DNA of 64,000 bases, from NCBI GenBank assembly GCA_963807685.1, contig CAWECU010000010.1, positions 35,339 to 99,338 of the forward strand, given 5' to 3'. Of the stretch, positions 51,217 through 60,920 are shown piece after piece (the first letter of the stretch is position 1; every line of letters starts with the position of its first letter). The DNA comes from an uncultured Flavobacteriaceae bacterium. Its GTDB lineage: Bacteria; Bacteroidota; Bacteroidia; Flavobacteriales; Flavobacteriaceae. The notes under the pieces are model-generated. The model was given only the letters and a program-made list of their open reading frames with translations, made no database searches and was not told the DNA's origin. The position numbers and the translations under genes were made by a program.

Positions 51217-52184
51217 AAGTGCTTTGTATATGTGTGCTGTCGCTTTTTCTGGGTAGCTGTAACCAAGGCAAGGAGGAGCAAGCCCAAGTTGAAAATAAAT
51301 GGGTCGCTACGGAGCTGCCAACCGAAACTTCCCTGGTTCTATTGGGAACCCTTCAGGATGCAGGTTCACCTCATATCGCCTGTAAAAAGGAGTGCTGTGC
51401 GGCCCTGTTCAAACAGCCCGATCCCCTCCGAAAAGTAGTTTCCCTCGGCCTTATTGACGCTTCCAATAATAAAACTTTCCTCTTCGAAGCCACTCCCGAT
51501 ATGCCATCCCAACTTAAAAAGTTAAAGCAGTTGTCCCATTCTAAAAAAGAACTGCCGGACGGAATTTTTATCACCCACGCCCATATTGGCCATTATGCCG
51601 GACTCATGTATTTGGGAAAGGAAGCGACCAATGCTAAGGAAACCATGGTATACGCCATGCCTCGAATGAAGTCATTTCTGGAAGAAAACGGCCCATGGAG
51701 CCAATTGGTCTCAAACAGCAACATCTCCCTTACTGAATTGCAAAACGTAACAGAAATTGAATTGACGGCGCAGCTATCGGTAATTCCATTTACGGTACCC
51801 CATCGGGATGAGTATTCAGAAACGGTGGGTTTTGAAATTATCGGGCCGAACAAAAAGGCACTTTTTATTCCCGATATCGACAAATGGGAACAGTGGGAAG
51901 GTTCCATCATCGACGCTATTTCAGAGGTGGACTATGCCTTTCTCGATGCAACTTTCTTCGATGGAGAAGAGATCAATGCGAGGGATATTTCAGAAATACC
52001 CCATCCTTTTATTATTGAAAGTATGGAAAAATTCAAATCCCTCGATTCCGAAGAAAAAAAGAAAATCTGCTTTATTCATTTCAACCATACCAACCCCGTG
52101 CTCGACGTTTCCAGCCCGGCTTATAAACTGGTGATTGCTAACGGTTTTCGCGTAGCAACCATCCACGAGCTTTTTCCATTGTAA
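51213..52184 (+). CDS. MBL-fold metallohydrolase lipoprotein (PqqB-like)
   Basis: LG..QDAG.P...C...CC, THAHIGHY, PHRDE, HFNHTN. Confidence 0.85.
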   Translation: MKVLCICVLSLFLGSCNQGKEEQAQVENKWVATELPTETSLVLLGTLQDAGSPHIACKKECCAALFKQPDPLRKVVSLGLIDASNNKTFLFEATPDMPSQLKKLKQLSHSKKELPDGIFITHAHIGHYAGLMYLGKEATNAKETMVYAMPRMKSFLEENGPWSQLVSNSNISLTELQNVTEIELTAQLSVIPFTVPHRDEYSETVGFEIIGPNKKALFIPDIDKWEQWEGSIIDAISEVDYAFLDATFFDGEEINARDISEIPHPFIIESMEKFKSLDSEEKKKICFIHFNHTNPVLDVSSPAYKLVIANGFRVATIHELFPL

Positions 52185-52326
52185 CGTACCCTTGATATTT
52201 CAATTTTATTGTCCCGGTGCTAGGCGAAGATTGAAGTGACACGGGGAAATCACTATATTTGGTTTCCCGATGTTTTGGAGGTACGCATGTAACTTTAACC
52301 GGTGTCGGGACTCCAATTTGGAGCCT

Positions 52327-53682
52327 ATGATGAAAAAATTGGTTCGCACCGCACTTATTGTATATCTCCTAAGCTGGTTAGGCATGTTCCTTTTTATAGT
52401 GATCGCTGTAGCCTGGAACGATCGTACCCTACTGGAAGGTGTCACCCTTTTCTTTGAACTGGCACCCAACGCTTCCTTTTTAAAAGGCTTTCATTTATTC
52501 TATCTCCCGGCTCTGGGGGCGTTTCTTTTAATTAGATATTTGGTGAGGTCCTTTCAGAAAAAAGGATTTAAAGTTTTTCTGAAGCGATTGGCCGTATTCC
52601 TGGTATTACCGCTGGCAGTGTTAATTTCCGGCTATAAAACACTCGTTCATGTCAACTCCAATGAGAATTATGAATATCGCTGGGATGCTTCCGTAGAAAA
52701 TCTCAGCGGGGTTTCAAACAATTGTTATGAGATGGATGGGTTGCACAGGGGCATGAGCGTATTCGGTTGGAGACGAAATGATGACGAGGCTATTTCAGAA
52801 TTGGTCAAAAAAAATGTGGAATGGGTGGCAGTGATTCCCTTTATCGATCAAGAAGACGAACAGACTTCCGCAGTTGCAACTCGGGAGACCTATGAGACCT
52901 GGTCCCGTCGGGACTCCATGCATATCAAAGGAATTACAAAGTTACATGAAAAAGGGATTCGGGTGCATCTGAAACCCCATTTATGGTTGACCAGCGGATG
53001 GCGATCCAATATCAACTTTTCCTCCAAAACCCAGTGGGATGGCTGGTTCGACTCCTATCGCATCACCATACTACACTTCGCAAAAATGGCGCAGGAAACC
53101 CATGTGGAACTCCTTTGCATTGGCACCGAATTAAAAACTTCCATCGCGCAGCAGCCTGAAAAATGGCACGATCTCATTGCCGAAATTAAAACTATTTATA
53201 AGGGGCAACTCACCTATGCCGCCAATTGGAACGACGATCTCGAGGCCATCACTTTTTGGGATGAATTAGATTATATTGGTATTCAAGCTTACTTCCCCCT
53301 CACTGAAAAGAAAACTCCCGATTTGGAAACGATCAAACAAGGTTGGGATAGACATATTACAAAACTCGAGCATCTCTCCCGAATGCATCGAAAGCCCATT
53401 CTTTTTACAGAAATAGGTTATAAAAGTGAGGCTTCAAGTACTATAAAACCCTGGGAATGGGGTTCCGGACTTAGTATACTGCATAAGGAAAAGTCTGATC
53501 GCACCCAGGTATTGGCCTATGAGGCACTATTTCAAAAACTTTGGTCCAGAGAGTGGTTTGCCGGAATCTACATCTGGCAGTGGAACACTCAAAGTAAAGC
53601 CGGGGCTGTGGACGAGAACCTCGATTTCTCACCGCGCTTCAAACCGGCAGAAAACGTCATCGCAAAATGGTTTGGTAAGTAA
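52327..53682 (+). CDS. Membrane-anchored GH113-like glycoside hydrolase
   Basis: 3 N-terminal TM; LKPHLW, IGTEL, TYAANW, AYFPL, FTEIGY. Confidence 0.82.
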   Translation: MMKKLVRTALIVYLLSWLGMFLFIVIAVAWNDRTLLEGVTLFFELAPNASFLKGFHLFYLPALGAFLLIRYLVRSFQKKGFKVFLKRLAVFLVLPLAVLISGYKTLVHVNSNENYEYRWDASVENLSGVSNNCYEMDGLHRGMSVFGWRRNDDEAISELVKKNVEWVAVIPFIDQEDEQTSAVATRETYETWSRRDSMHIKGITKLHEKGIRVHLKPHLWLTSGWRSNINFSSKTQWDGWFDSYRITILHFAKMAQETHVELLCIGTELKTSIAQQPEKWHDLIAEIKTIYKGQLTYAANWNDDLEAITFWDELDYIGIQAYFPLTEKKTPDLETIKQGWDRHITKLEHLSRMHRKPILFTEIGYKSEASSTIKPWEWGSGLSILHKEKSDRTQVLAYEALFQKLWSREWFAGIYIWQWNTQSKAGAVDENLDFSPRFKPAENVIAKWFGK

Positions 53683-53690
53683 CGACCCTA

Positions 53691-54443
53691 TCATTTACTC
53701 AGAATAGCTACAACCTTGGCGACATTCTTCGTTTCAAAAAATCGAATGGCCCGGATGGTCCAGCGCAACAATCGGCTTTTGGTGGTTGTTAACTTGGTCG
53801 CAAGTTTCGCAATGATCCCATCCCGCTGTGAGATCTCGGCGGGTTTGTTTCCGGAAATATGATACTGATTGGCAAATATCCAGGCCCCGTCACGAGCCAG
53901 ATTGATACTGAAGGTTACAATTTTATCCTCTTTGCCTTTTCCCACTTTCTCCAACAAATAAAATATGGGTGAGACCCGACCAATGCTCGCTTCCACTCCC
54001 GCCACCATGGCCGCTAGAATCGCATTTATCTTGTTGAAATCACTTTCGATTCCGGACAAATTGCCATTTTCACCTACGGTCTGGGCAACTGCGATCCCAA
54101 GATCCAGATTGATATGCGCATTGATTCCCAGTAGTAAATGCTGCATAATGATAAACTTTTTATTGGTTGCTGCTTGAAAAGCAACCTCCCAACTTTGCGT
54201 AGGAGTATCTCCCGCTTTTAATTGACGGTATGCTTCGATATACCGATTCGCGAAAATAACATCGAGTCGTTCCATACGCAAATTGTCTTCAAACTCCTTG
54301 TTTTGAATACCCAATTGAATGCGTTCGGTCACTTTTTTATACAGGACGGGAAAGAAGGCCAGATTACTTCCGGCAGTAGTTTCGGTAGCAATGATGTCCC
54401 CAAGCTGTTGGATCACTTCATCGATGGTGGTGGGTAGTGGCAT
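53691..54443 (-). CDS. DUF5995 family protein
   Basis: LY..VT, FANRY, LGINAHINLDL. Confidence 0.82.
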   Translation of the reverse strand: MPLPTTIDEVIQQLGDIIATETTAGSNLAFFPVLYKKVTERIQLGIQNKEFEDNLRMERLDVIFANRYIEAYRQLKAGDTPTQSWEVAFQAATNKKFIIMQHLLLGINAHINLDLGIAVAQTVGENGNLSGIESDFNKINAILAAMVAGVEASIGRVSPIFYLLEKVGKGKEDKIVTFSINLARDGAWIFANQYHISGNKPAEISQRDGIIAKLATKLTTTKSRLLRWTIRAIRFFETKNVAKVVAILSK

Positions 54444-54485
54444 GGGTGTAGGGTTGGTAGTACTAAGGTACTTAATAAAAGAATA

Positions 54486-56309
54486 CTACTCCTCTTCGTT
54501 GATACCCTTCCCCCCATTTGCGTACTTTTTCTCCAGCTCGGCCTGAAACTCTTCCATCACGGGTTTTACGGTACTTTCCGGCAGGTCGGCAATACGAATG
54601 TACATCAATCCGTCCACTGCATTATTAAAAAGCGGATCTACATTAAATGCCACTACTTTGGCATTCTGCTTGATGTATTTTTTGATAAGCACAGGTAGTC
54701 GAAGTGACCCCGGCTCTACTTCTTCGATGAGTTTATCGAATTTATTGAGGTCGGCTTCGCTTTCGTCAAAGATAAAATCCTTGTCGGCATCCTTCAGCTT
54801 GACCTTGTATTCCTTTTTTGGATTGATATATTGGGCAACATACGGATCGTAATAGTTGGATTTCATAAACTCGATCATCAAACTCTTACTGAAATCGGAA
54901 AACTGGTTACTAATACTTACCCCACCTATTAAAAACTTGTGATTGGGATAGCGAAGGGTAGTATGTACGATCCCTTTCCAAAGTAAAAATAATGGCATTG
55001 GGCGCTGCTGGTACTGCTTAATGATAAAAGCACGTCCCATCTCGATGGATTTACTCATCATGTCGTACAACTCCGGCTCAAAGCGGAACAAACTCTGCAG
55101 GTAAAAACCATCGATCCCGTGGCTGGCATAAATTTTCTCTCCCAGTCCCATTCGGTAGGCCCCGGCGATCATTTTGGCATCATTGTCCCACAAGAACATA
55201 TGGTGATAGTACGAATCGTATTCATCCAAATCTGTCGCCTGATTGGTTCCTTCTCCCACCTCCCGGAAGGTAATTTCCCGCAGTCGTCCAATTTCCTGAA
55301 GCACATTGGGAATATCGGTGGCCGGCGCAAAATAGACTTCGTAGTTTTTACTGGAAAGCAAGCGTTTTCCCTGTTCGGTGAGGGACTGTATTTCGGCTTC
55401 CATCGCTTCGACCGAAATGGCTCCGGCAATTTGTTTCGGTTGCTTTGGGATCTTGATGGTTTTGGGAATGTTTTCCAATAATTTTTTCTTCTGAAAAGGA
55501 TTGGAAAGCACATAGGTTTTCTTCCGAAGGAATTCGGTAAAATCGTCTAAGGATTCATGCTCTTCCTGATCTTTCACCGGAATGGGATTACCAATACGCA
55601 CCTTGATCAAACGCTCCTTTTGAGTCAAGAGTTCGCTGGGGAGTTTTGCTGTGCGCAGGGTATCGCTCATCTTTGCCAGGCGATAAAATAATTTACTGTT
55701 CTTAGCGTGAAAATAAATAGGAACGACAGGCACATTCGCCTTTTTTACGAGTTTCATCGCAGCCACTTCCCAGGGTTTGTCCACGACCAATTTACCATCG
55801 CGATAGGTGGAAACCTCTCCGGCTGGAAAGATCCCCAACGGATGCCCGTCTTGCAAATGCTGCATGGCACCTTTGAACCCCATCAAACTGCTTTTCACAT
55901 CCTTGTGGCCTTCAAAGGGATTGACCGGCATCACATAAGATTTTAATGGTTCTATACGATGTAAAAGGAAATTGGCGATTATTTTAAAATCGGTTCTGTG
56001 TTCGAGTAGCAATTTGAGCAACAGTATACCATCAATTCCACCCAGAGGATGGTTGGAGATAGTGATAAAAGGGCCTGTTTTTGGGAGTCGTTTGAGGTCT
56101 GCTTCTGGAATTTCAAACCGAATTTCGAACTCATTCAACAAGGCATTCATGAACTCAAGGTCTTTTAAATGTTTATGCTTGTCGTAGATCTTGTTCATGG
56201 TGGAGATGTTCAAAACCTTCATCAACACCCAGCCCATCGAAGTGCCCAAAAAACCGAATTTATCGACTTTTATGGCTTTGGCAACTTCTTTGGCAGTGAC
56301 AAGACCCAT
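54486..56309 (-). CDS. Bifunctional PlsC-like O-acyltransferase plus GNAT N-acyltransferase (OlsF-like amino-lipid synthase)
   Basis: SNHPLGGIDG and FPAGEVS in the N-half; EIGRLREITFR.VGEG, DLDEYD, GAYR, EMGR in the C-half. Confidence 0.85.
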   Translation of the reverse strand: MGLVTAKEVAKAIKVDKFGFLGTSMGWVLMKVLNISTMNKIYDKHKHLKDLEFMNALLNEFEIRFEIPEADLKRLPKTGPFITISNHPLGGIDGILLLKLLLEHRTDFKIIANFLLHRIEPLKSYVMPVNPFEGHKDVKSSLMGFKGAMQHLQDGHPLGIFPAGEVSTYRDGKLVVDKPWEVAAMKLVKKANVPVVPIYFHAKNSKLFYRLAKMSDTLRTAKLPSELLTQKERLIKVRIGNPIPVKDQEEHESLDDFTEFLRKKTYVLSNPFQKKKLLENIPKTIKIPKQPKQIAGAISVEAMEAEIQSLTEQGKRLLSSKNYEVYFAPATDIPNVLQEIGRLREITFREVGEGTNQATDLDEYDSYYHHMFLWDNDAKMIAGAYRMGLGEKIYASHGIDGFYLQSLFRFEPELYDMMSKSIEMGRAFIIKQYQQRPMPLFLLWKGIVHTTLRYPNHKFLIGGVSISNQFSDFSKSLMIEFMKSNYYDPYVAQYINPKKEYKVKLKDADKDFIFDESEADLNKFDKLIEEVEPGSLRLPVLIKKYIKQNAKVVAFNVDPLFNNAVDGLMYIRIADLPESTVKPVMEEFQAELEKKYANGGKGINEEE

Positions 56310-56357
56310 GAGGAGATTGGATTAGTTGAACGACAAATATAGGGAAAGCAATCTATT

Positions 56358-57614
56358 TTATTCCTGAACAACCAGGCGCACCGTCTCACTGCTTTCCTGC
56401 TTTAAAAGCACCTTCTTGTTCTCGGTAAGTGCCTTTATTTCATTTGGTTGTGAATGACGTACTGTATACAAGGTAACATTTTCGTGACAGCTAACCTTAA
56501 AAGTAGAACGTAGTTTATTTAGTAAAGGCTCCAGATTATTATACTTATTGTCCAAACACACCGAAAAGCTAATGGCCGAATTCTGAATTAACTCCACCTT
56601 CATTTGATAGTGGTGAAGCAAATTGAACACATCTCTGAAATTATCCTCCATCATAAAGCTGAAATCCAAAGACGACAGGGAAATGAGCACCTGGTCTTTC
56701 TTCAGAATAAAACAAGAGGTCATGGGGTCCAATGTAACTCCCTTCCCAACGCAAGTACCTTCCCCTTCAGGCTCTATAAAAGATTTTACAAAGAGCGGAA
56801 TTTCCTTCCGCTGAAGCGGCTGCAAGGTCTTTGGATGGATAACAGTAGCGCCGTAAAACGCCAATTCAATTGCCTCCCGGTAGGAAATATGCCGGAGCAG
56901 CCGGGCATTACTGAAATGCCGAGGATCCGCATTGAGGACTCCTGGAACGTCTTTCCAGATGGTGACGCTGTCTGCATTCAAGCAATACGCAAAGATCGCC
57001 GCAGTATAATCACTCCCCTCCCGCCCTAAAGTGGTGGTGAAATTATTGGAAGCTTCGGCCCCTAAAAATCCCTGGGTAATGAACACCCCAGCAGTATTCA
57101 CTTTTTCTGAAATGTGGCTTTGGGTCTTCTCCCAATCTACCTTAGCATCGCGATAATAATCATTGGTGGCAATACATTGGCGAACGTCAAGCCAGGTATT
57201 TTTTATGTTTTCTGAATGGAGATAATCCGAAATGATATGTGTGGAAATAAGCTCTCCATAGCCTACCACCTGATCGTACACAAAGGCGTGATTGGTGGAT
57301 TTGTTCGTCTCTAAAAAATGGGTCAGCTCGTTCATGAGGCTGCCTACTTTCTTAAAAATTGGGTGGGACTTGTTTGGGAAGAGTTCCTGCATTATGTTCT
57401 GATGATATTGAAACACTTCGGCCTGGGACTCTTTAAAATCGCTCTTGTCATTCATATAAAGATTGACCACTTCTTCCAAAGCGTTGGTCATCTTCCCCAT
57501 CGCCGAAGCGACGATTACCAGATTGGTTTCACCCGCAGTTCGCAATACAGTAACAAGATTTTTAACCCCTTGCGCATCCTTGACAGATGCCCCTCCAAAT
57601 TTGAATACTTTCAT
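56358..57614 (-). CDS. lysC: Aspartate kinase
   Basis: KFGGASV, TLGREGSDYTA, DVPGVLNADP, IHPKT. Confidence 0.95.
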   Translation of the reverse strand: MKVFKFGGASVKDAQGVKNLVTVLRTAGETNLVIVASAMGKMTNALEEVVNLYMNDKSDFKESQAEVFQYHQNIMQELFPNKSHPIFKKVGSLMNELTHFLETNKSTNHAFVYDQVVGYGELISTHIISDYLHSENIKNTWLDVRQCIATNDYYRDAKVDWEKTQSHISEKVNTAGVFITQGFLGAEASNNFTTTLGREGSDYTAAIFAYCLNADSVTIWKDVPGVLNADPRHFSNARLLRHISYREAIELAFYGATVIHPKTLQPLQRKEIPLFVKSFIEPEGEGTCVGKGVTLDPMTSCFILKKDQVLISLSSLDFSFMMEDNFRDVFNLLHHYQMKVELIQNSAISFSVCLDNKYNNLEPLLNKLRSTFKVSCHENVTLYTVRHSQPNEIKALTENKKVLLKQESSETVRLVVQE

Positions 57615-58093
57615 TCCTTATGCTCTAAAAATGCTTTAATTCCGGCTTCGTCCATTTCCACTTGCCACCACTCTTTCATCACCGTCGCGCCTGTACGTTC
57701 ATAAAATCGGATGGCTCCGTCGTTCCATCCCAGTACCATCCAGTTAACCCTCTTAACACCTTGTTCAAAAGCATACTTCATAACCTGAGTGTAAAGCATT
57801 TTTCCTATTCCTTTTCCGCGGAAAGAATCTTTTACAATGAGGTCTTCTAAATGGACGGTACGCCCTTTCCAGGTAGAAAATCGAAAATACAACAATGCGA
57901 TTCCTACGATCTCCGAGTCGACCTCAGCAACAAAGCAGGTAAAAGAGGCATCGGCTCCGGTGCCTTCGGAAACCAAATCGGCGACAGTAATATCCACCGC
58001 ATCCGGTTCATTCTCGAACACCGCCAATTCAACGATAAGCTCTAAAACCTGAGGCATATCGGCTTCTGTAACTTTTCGTAACTGAATGTCCAT
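57611..58093 (-). CDS. GNAT N-acetyltransferase (SSAT-like)
   Basis: ELAVFE, FSTWKG..HLEDL, RGKGIG; start MDIQ at 58093. Confidence 0.9.
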   Translation of the reverse strand: MDIQLRKVTEADMPQVLELIVELAVFENEPDAVDITVADLVSEGTGADASFTCFVAEVDSEIVGIALLYFRFSTWKGRTVHLEDLIVKDSFRGKGIGKMLYTQVMKYAFEQGVKRVNWMVLGWNDGAIRFYERTGATVMKEWWQVEMDEAGIKAFLEHKE

Positions 58094-58176
58094 AATCTCG
58101 ATTTTCAGCCACAAATATCGGTTCAAATTTCTTAAAAATGACGATATTTGCTTGAAATTCCAGACAATCAACCACT

Positions 58177-59181
58177 ATGGCTACCCGAAATCAATCCCTT
58201 GGCGAATTTATTATTGAAAATCAGAGTGAGTTCCAGTATTCTTCGGGTGAATTATCGCGTTTAATCAACTCCATCCGTCTGGCTGCCAAAGTAGTGAACC
58301 ACGAAGTAAACAAGGCAGGGCTGGTCGATATCCTGGGGGCTGCGGGAGATACCAATATTCAGGGAGAGGATCAACAAAAACTGGATGTCTATGCCAACGA
58401 GGCTTTTATCAAATGCCTCACGAATCGTGAGATCGTTTGTGGAATCGCCAGTGAAGAAGAAGATGATTTTATCACGATCAAAGGCAGAAATGAACAAAAC
58501 GAAAATAAATACGTTGTCCTGATCGATCCATTAGACGGCTCCTCCAATATTGATGTAAACGTATCAGTTGGAACCATTTTCTCTATCTATCGAAGAGTGA
58601 CTCCGTCAGGTACTCCTGTCACGTTGGAAGATTTCCTGCAACCGGGCAACAAGCAGGTCGCCGCCGGATACATTATTTATGGCACGTCAACCATGATCGT
58701 TTACACTACAGGTCATGGCGTCAACGGTTTTACGCTCAACCCGGCGATTGGAACCTATTATTTATCACATCCAAATATGGTTTTTCCCGAAACGGGTCTG
58801 ATCTATTCGGTGAATGAAGGGAATTACGTACATTTTCCGCAGGGAGTAAAAGATTATATCAAATACTGCCAGAAAGAAGAGGGCGATCGTCCCTACACCT
58901 CCCGATACATTGGATCTTTGGTAAGTGATATCCACCGCAACATGATCAAAGGCGGTATTTACATTTATCCGAGCACGGCCAAAGATCCTGAAGGAAAGCT
59001 CCGCCTCTTATACGAGTGCAACCCCATTGCCTTTATTGCAGAACAAGCGGGGGCCAAAGCCAGCAATGGTTTTGAGCGAATTATGGATATTCAACCAACG
59101 CAATTACACCAACGTGTCCCTTTTTTCTGCGGAAGTAAGCTCATGGTAGAGAAGGCCGAGACCTTTATGCGAAACGCATAA
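58177..59181 (+). CDS. fbp: Class 1 fructose-1,6-bisphosphatase
   Basis: [32 protein letters not shown]. Confidence 0.97.
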   Translation: MATRNQSLGEFIIENQSEFQYSSGELSRLINSIRLAAKVVNHEVNKAGLVDILGAAGDTNIQGEDQQKLDVYANEAFIKCLTNREIVCGIASEEEDDFITIKGRNEQNENKYVVLIDPLDGSSNIDVNVSVGTIFSIYRRVTPSGTPVTLEDFLQPGNKQVAAGYIIYGTSTMIVYTTGHGVNGFTLNPAIGTYYLSHPNMVFPETGLIYSVNEGNYVHFPQGVKDYIKYCQKEEGDRPYTSRYIGSLVSDIHRNMIKGGIYIYPSTAKDPEGKLRLLYECNPIAFIAEQAGAKASNGFERIMDIQPTQLHQRVPFFCGSKLMVEKAETFMRNA

Positions 59182-59250
59182 TATTATACTTACCCTTGTT
59201 GTTGAGGCTTTTTTTCTTATTTTTAAAAGATAAAGAACAACTACGACCAA

Positions 59251-59601
59251 ATGGCAAAGAAAACGACAACACCTCCAGAGTCTATTCCAACAGATTCGAA
59301 TTCTAAAATTGAAGCTATAAAAAACCTTATTTTCGGAGAGAACATTGAACAATATGATAGTCAGTTTGATACTATCCGAAAGGAACTTAAAGCGAAAAAG
59401 GAAAAGCTTGAAAGTTATATCGATGAAGTACGCAATGAGCTTATGCAGTCCATTGATTCCCTGAGCACAGACGTTAATATTCGTATCACCGATCTGGAAG
59501 ACAGTCTTCAGTCAAAAGCCGAGACAATGGCCGATGACAAGTTGGATCGCAAAGAACTGGGAAAATTACTAAAAAGCCTGGGTGAAAAATTAAGCTCTTA
59601 A
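59251..59601 (+). CDS. Coiled-coil protein, first gene of the small-GTPase cluster
   Basis: 116 aa, heptad-rich; IKNLIFG near the N-terminus, KLDRKELGKLL near the C-terminus; no signal peptide. Confidence 0.8.
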   Translation: MAKKTTTPPESIPTDSNSKIEAIKNLIFGENIEQYDSQFDTIRKELKAKKEKLESYIDEVRNELMQSIDSLSTDVNIRITDLEDSLQSKAETMADDKLDRKELGKLLKSLGEKLSS

Positions 59602-59616
59602 GGGAGCACTTTGGTT

Positions 59617-60438
59617 ATGGGAAATGCGCAGGAAGACAAATTACAGTTGCTTCGCGAAATCTTATTGGTAGACGATAGAGAGGTGGCAAGCGCTGTAAAT
59701 CAACGTCTGGATGTCTTAGCCGAGGTTATTGAACAACGGGAAAAACTTTCAGAAAAAGTAGACCCCATTATCAAAGCGCGCCTGGATAAATTTGTAGCTC
59801 AAATCCCAACAACTCTTGGCCCTACAATTACGAAAACCCTTCAGCATGAAATAGAAAACAGTAAGGATCAAGTGGTGGAAGCACTCTACCCTATCATGGG
59901 GAAAATGATCAAACGCTATGTGCAAAATGAAATAAAAAAGCTATCGGAAACTATCAATAAAAAAGTAAACAATACTTTTTCTATGGTTGGTTTAAAACGA
60001 AAATTAAGATCCCGTCTTACGGGTGTAAAAGAGAGCGATCTTATACTAATGGAGTCGGATCCTCCACTGATTAACGAAATATTCGTCATTCAAAAAGGTT
60101 CAGGGATTCTTCTTGGCAATCACAGTAAAACAGAAACTTTGGACAAGGATATGGTGTCCGGGATGTTAACGGCTATCAAAAGCTTCGTGGAAGATGCCTT
60201 TTCGGGTGGAAATCAAAATCTGGAAGCCATTGAGTACGAGTTGTATACCATACATATTCAAAACTTTTTTAGTTATTATATCGCTGTAGTTGTTTCCGGC
60301 AATTACAACCGCTCTTTTGAAAGCAAAATAGAAAATAAGTTATTACGATTATCACAAAAACTCTCCCCTAAGGTTTCTGTGCTCACGCGAGAAGAGATCG
60401 ATGCGTTTTTGGAAAATTTCTTCAAAAAATGGAAATGA
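59617..60438 (+). CDS. Helical protein with a C-terminal longin/roadblock-like domain
   Basis: Helical N-half; C-half INEIFVIQKGSGILL...DMVSGMLTAIKSFVEDAF...IEY...IAVVVSG; stop overlaps the next ATG. Confidence 0.75.
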   Translation: MGNAQEDKLQLLREILLVDDREVASAVNQRLDVLAEVIEQREKLSEKVDPIIKARLDKFVAQIPTTLGPTITKTLQHEIENSKDQVVEALYPIMGKMIKRYVQNEIKKLSETINKKVNNTFSMVGLKRKLRSRLTGVKESDLILMESDPPLINEIFVIQKGSGILLGNHSKTETLDKDMVSGMLTAIKSFVEDAFSGGNQNLEAIEYELYTIHIQNFFSYYIAVVVSGNYNRSFESKIENKLLRLSQKLSPKVSVLTREEIDAFLENFFKKWK

Positions 60439-60920
60439 CAAAAAAAATTGTCCTTTTGGGGCAGTTTGGTGTGGGAAAATCGTCTTTGGCGAGGCGCTTT
60501 TTGCTCAATGTCTTTGAGACCGATTATATGCCAACGCTGGGCGTTCAAATTAAAAAGAAAATTATCGTGCTGCCCTCGGGAAAGGAGTTATCCATGATTA
60601 TTTGGGATTTGGAAGGATTCACTTCAGTGTCCAAGACAAGAGCCTCTTACCTGCTTGGTTCAAACGGATTTATTTACGTTTTTGATATCAGCCGCCCTTT
60701 CACCTACCATCATCTGGATGAAGAAATAGCCTTTATAACAAACAAATATCCTCAAATGGCACTCAAAGTTATTGGAAATAAGAAAGATCTGGCAGATACA
60801 GACACCGTGCAGGAATATATGAAAGCCAAAAATATAACTGTCCATTCCTACGTTAGTGCCAAGACCGGTGAAGGCGTACAAGAATTATTTTTGAATCTGG
60901 CCAATACTTTTGGAAGATGA
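60435..60920 (+). CDS. Rab-like small GTPase 1 (prokaryotic Ras superfamily, Rup-type)
   Basis: G1 GQFGVGKS, G2 PTLG, G3 WDLEG, G4 NKKD, G5 SAKTG; ATGA overlaps at both ends. Confidence 0.92.
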   Translation: MTKKIVLLGQFGVGKSSLARRFLLNVFETDYMPTLGVQIKKKIIVLPSGKELSMIIWDLEGFTSVSKTRASYLLGSNGFIYVFDISRPFTYHHLDEEIAFITNKYPQMALKVIGNKKDLADTDTVQEYMKAKNITVHSYVSAKTGEGVQELFLNLANTFGR

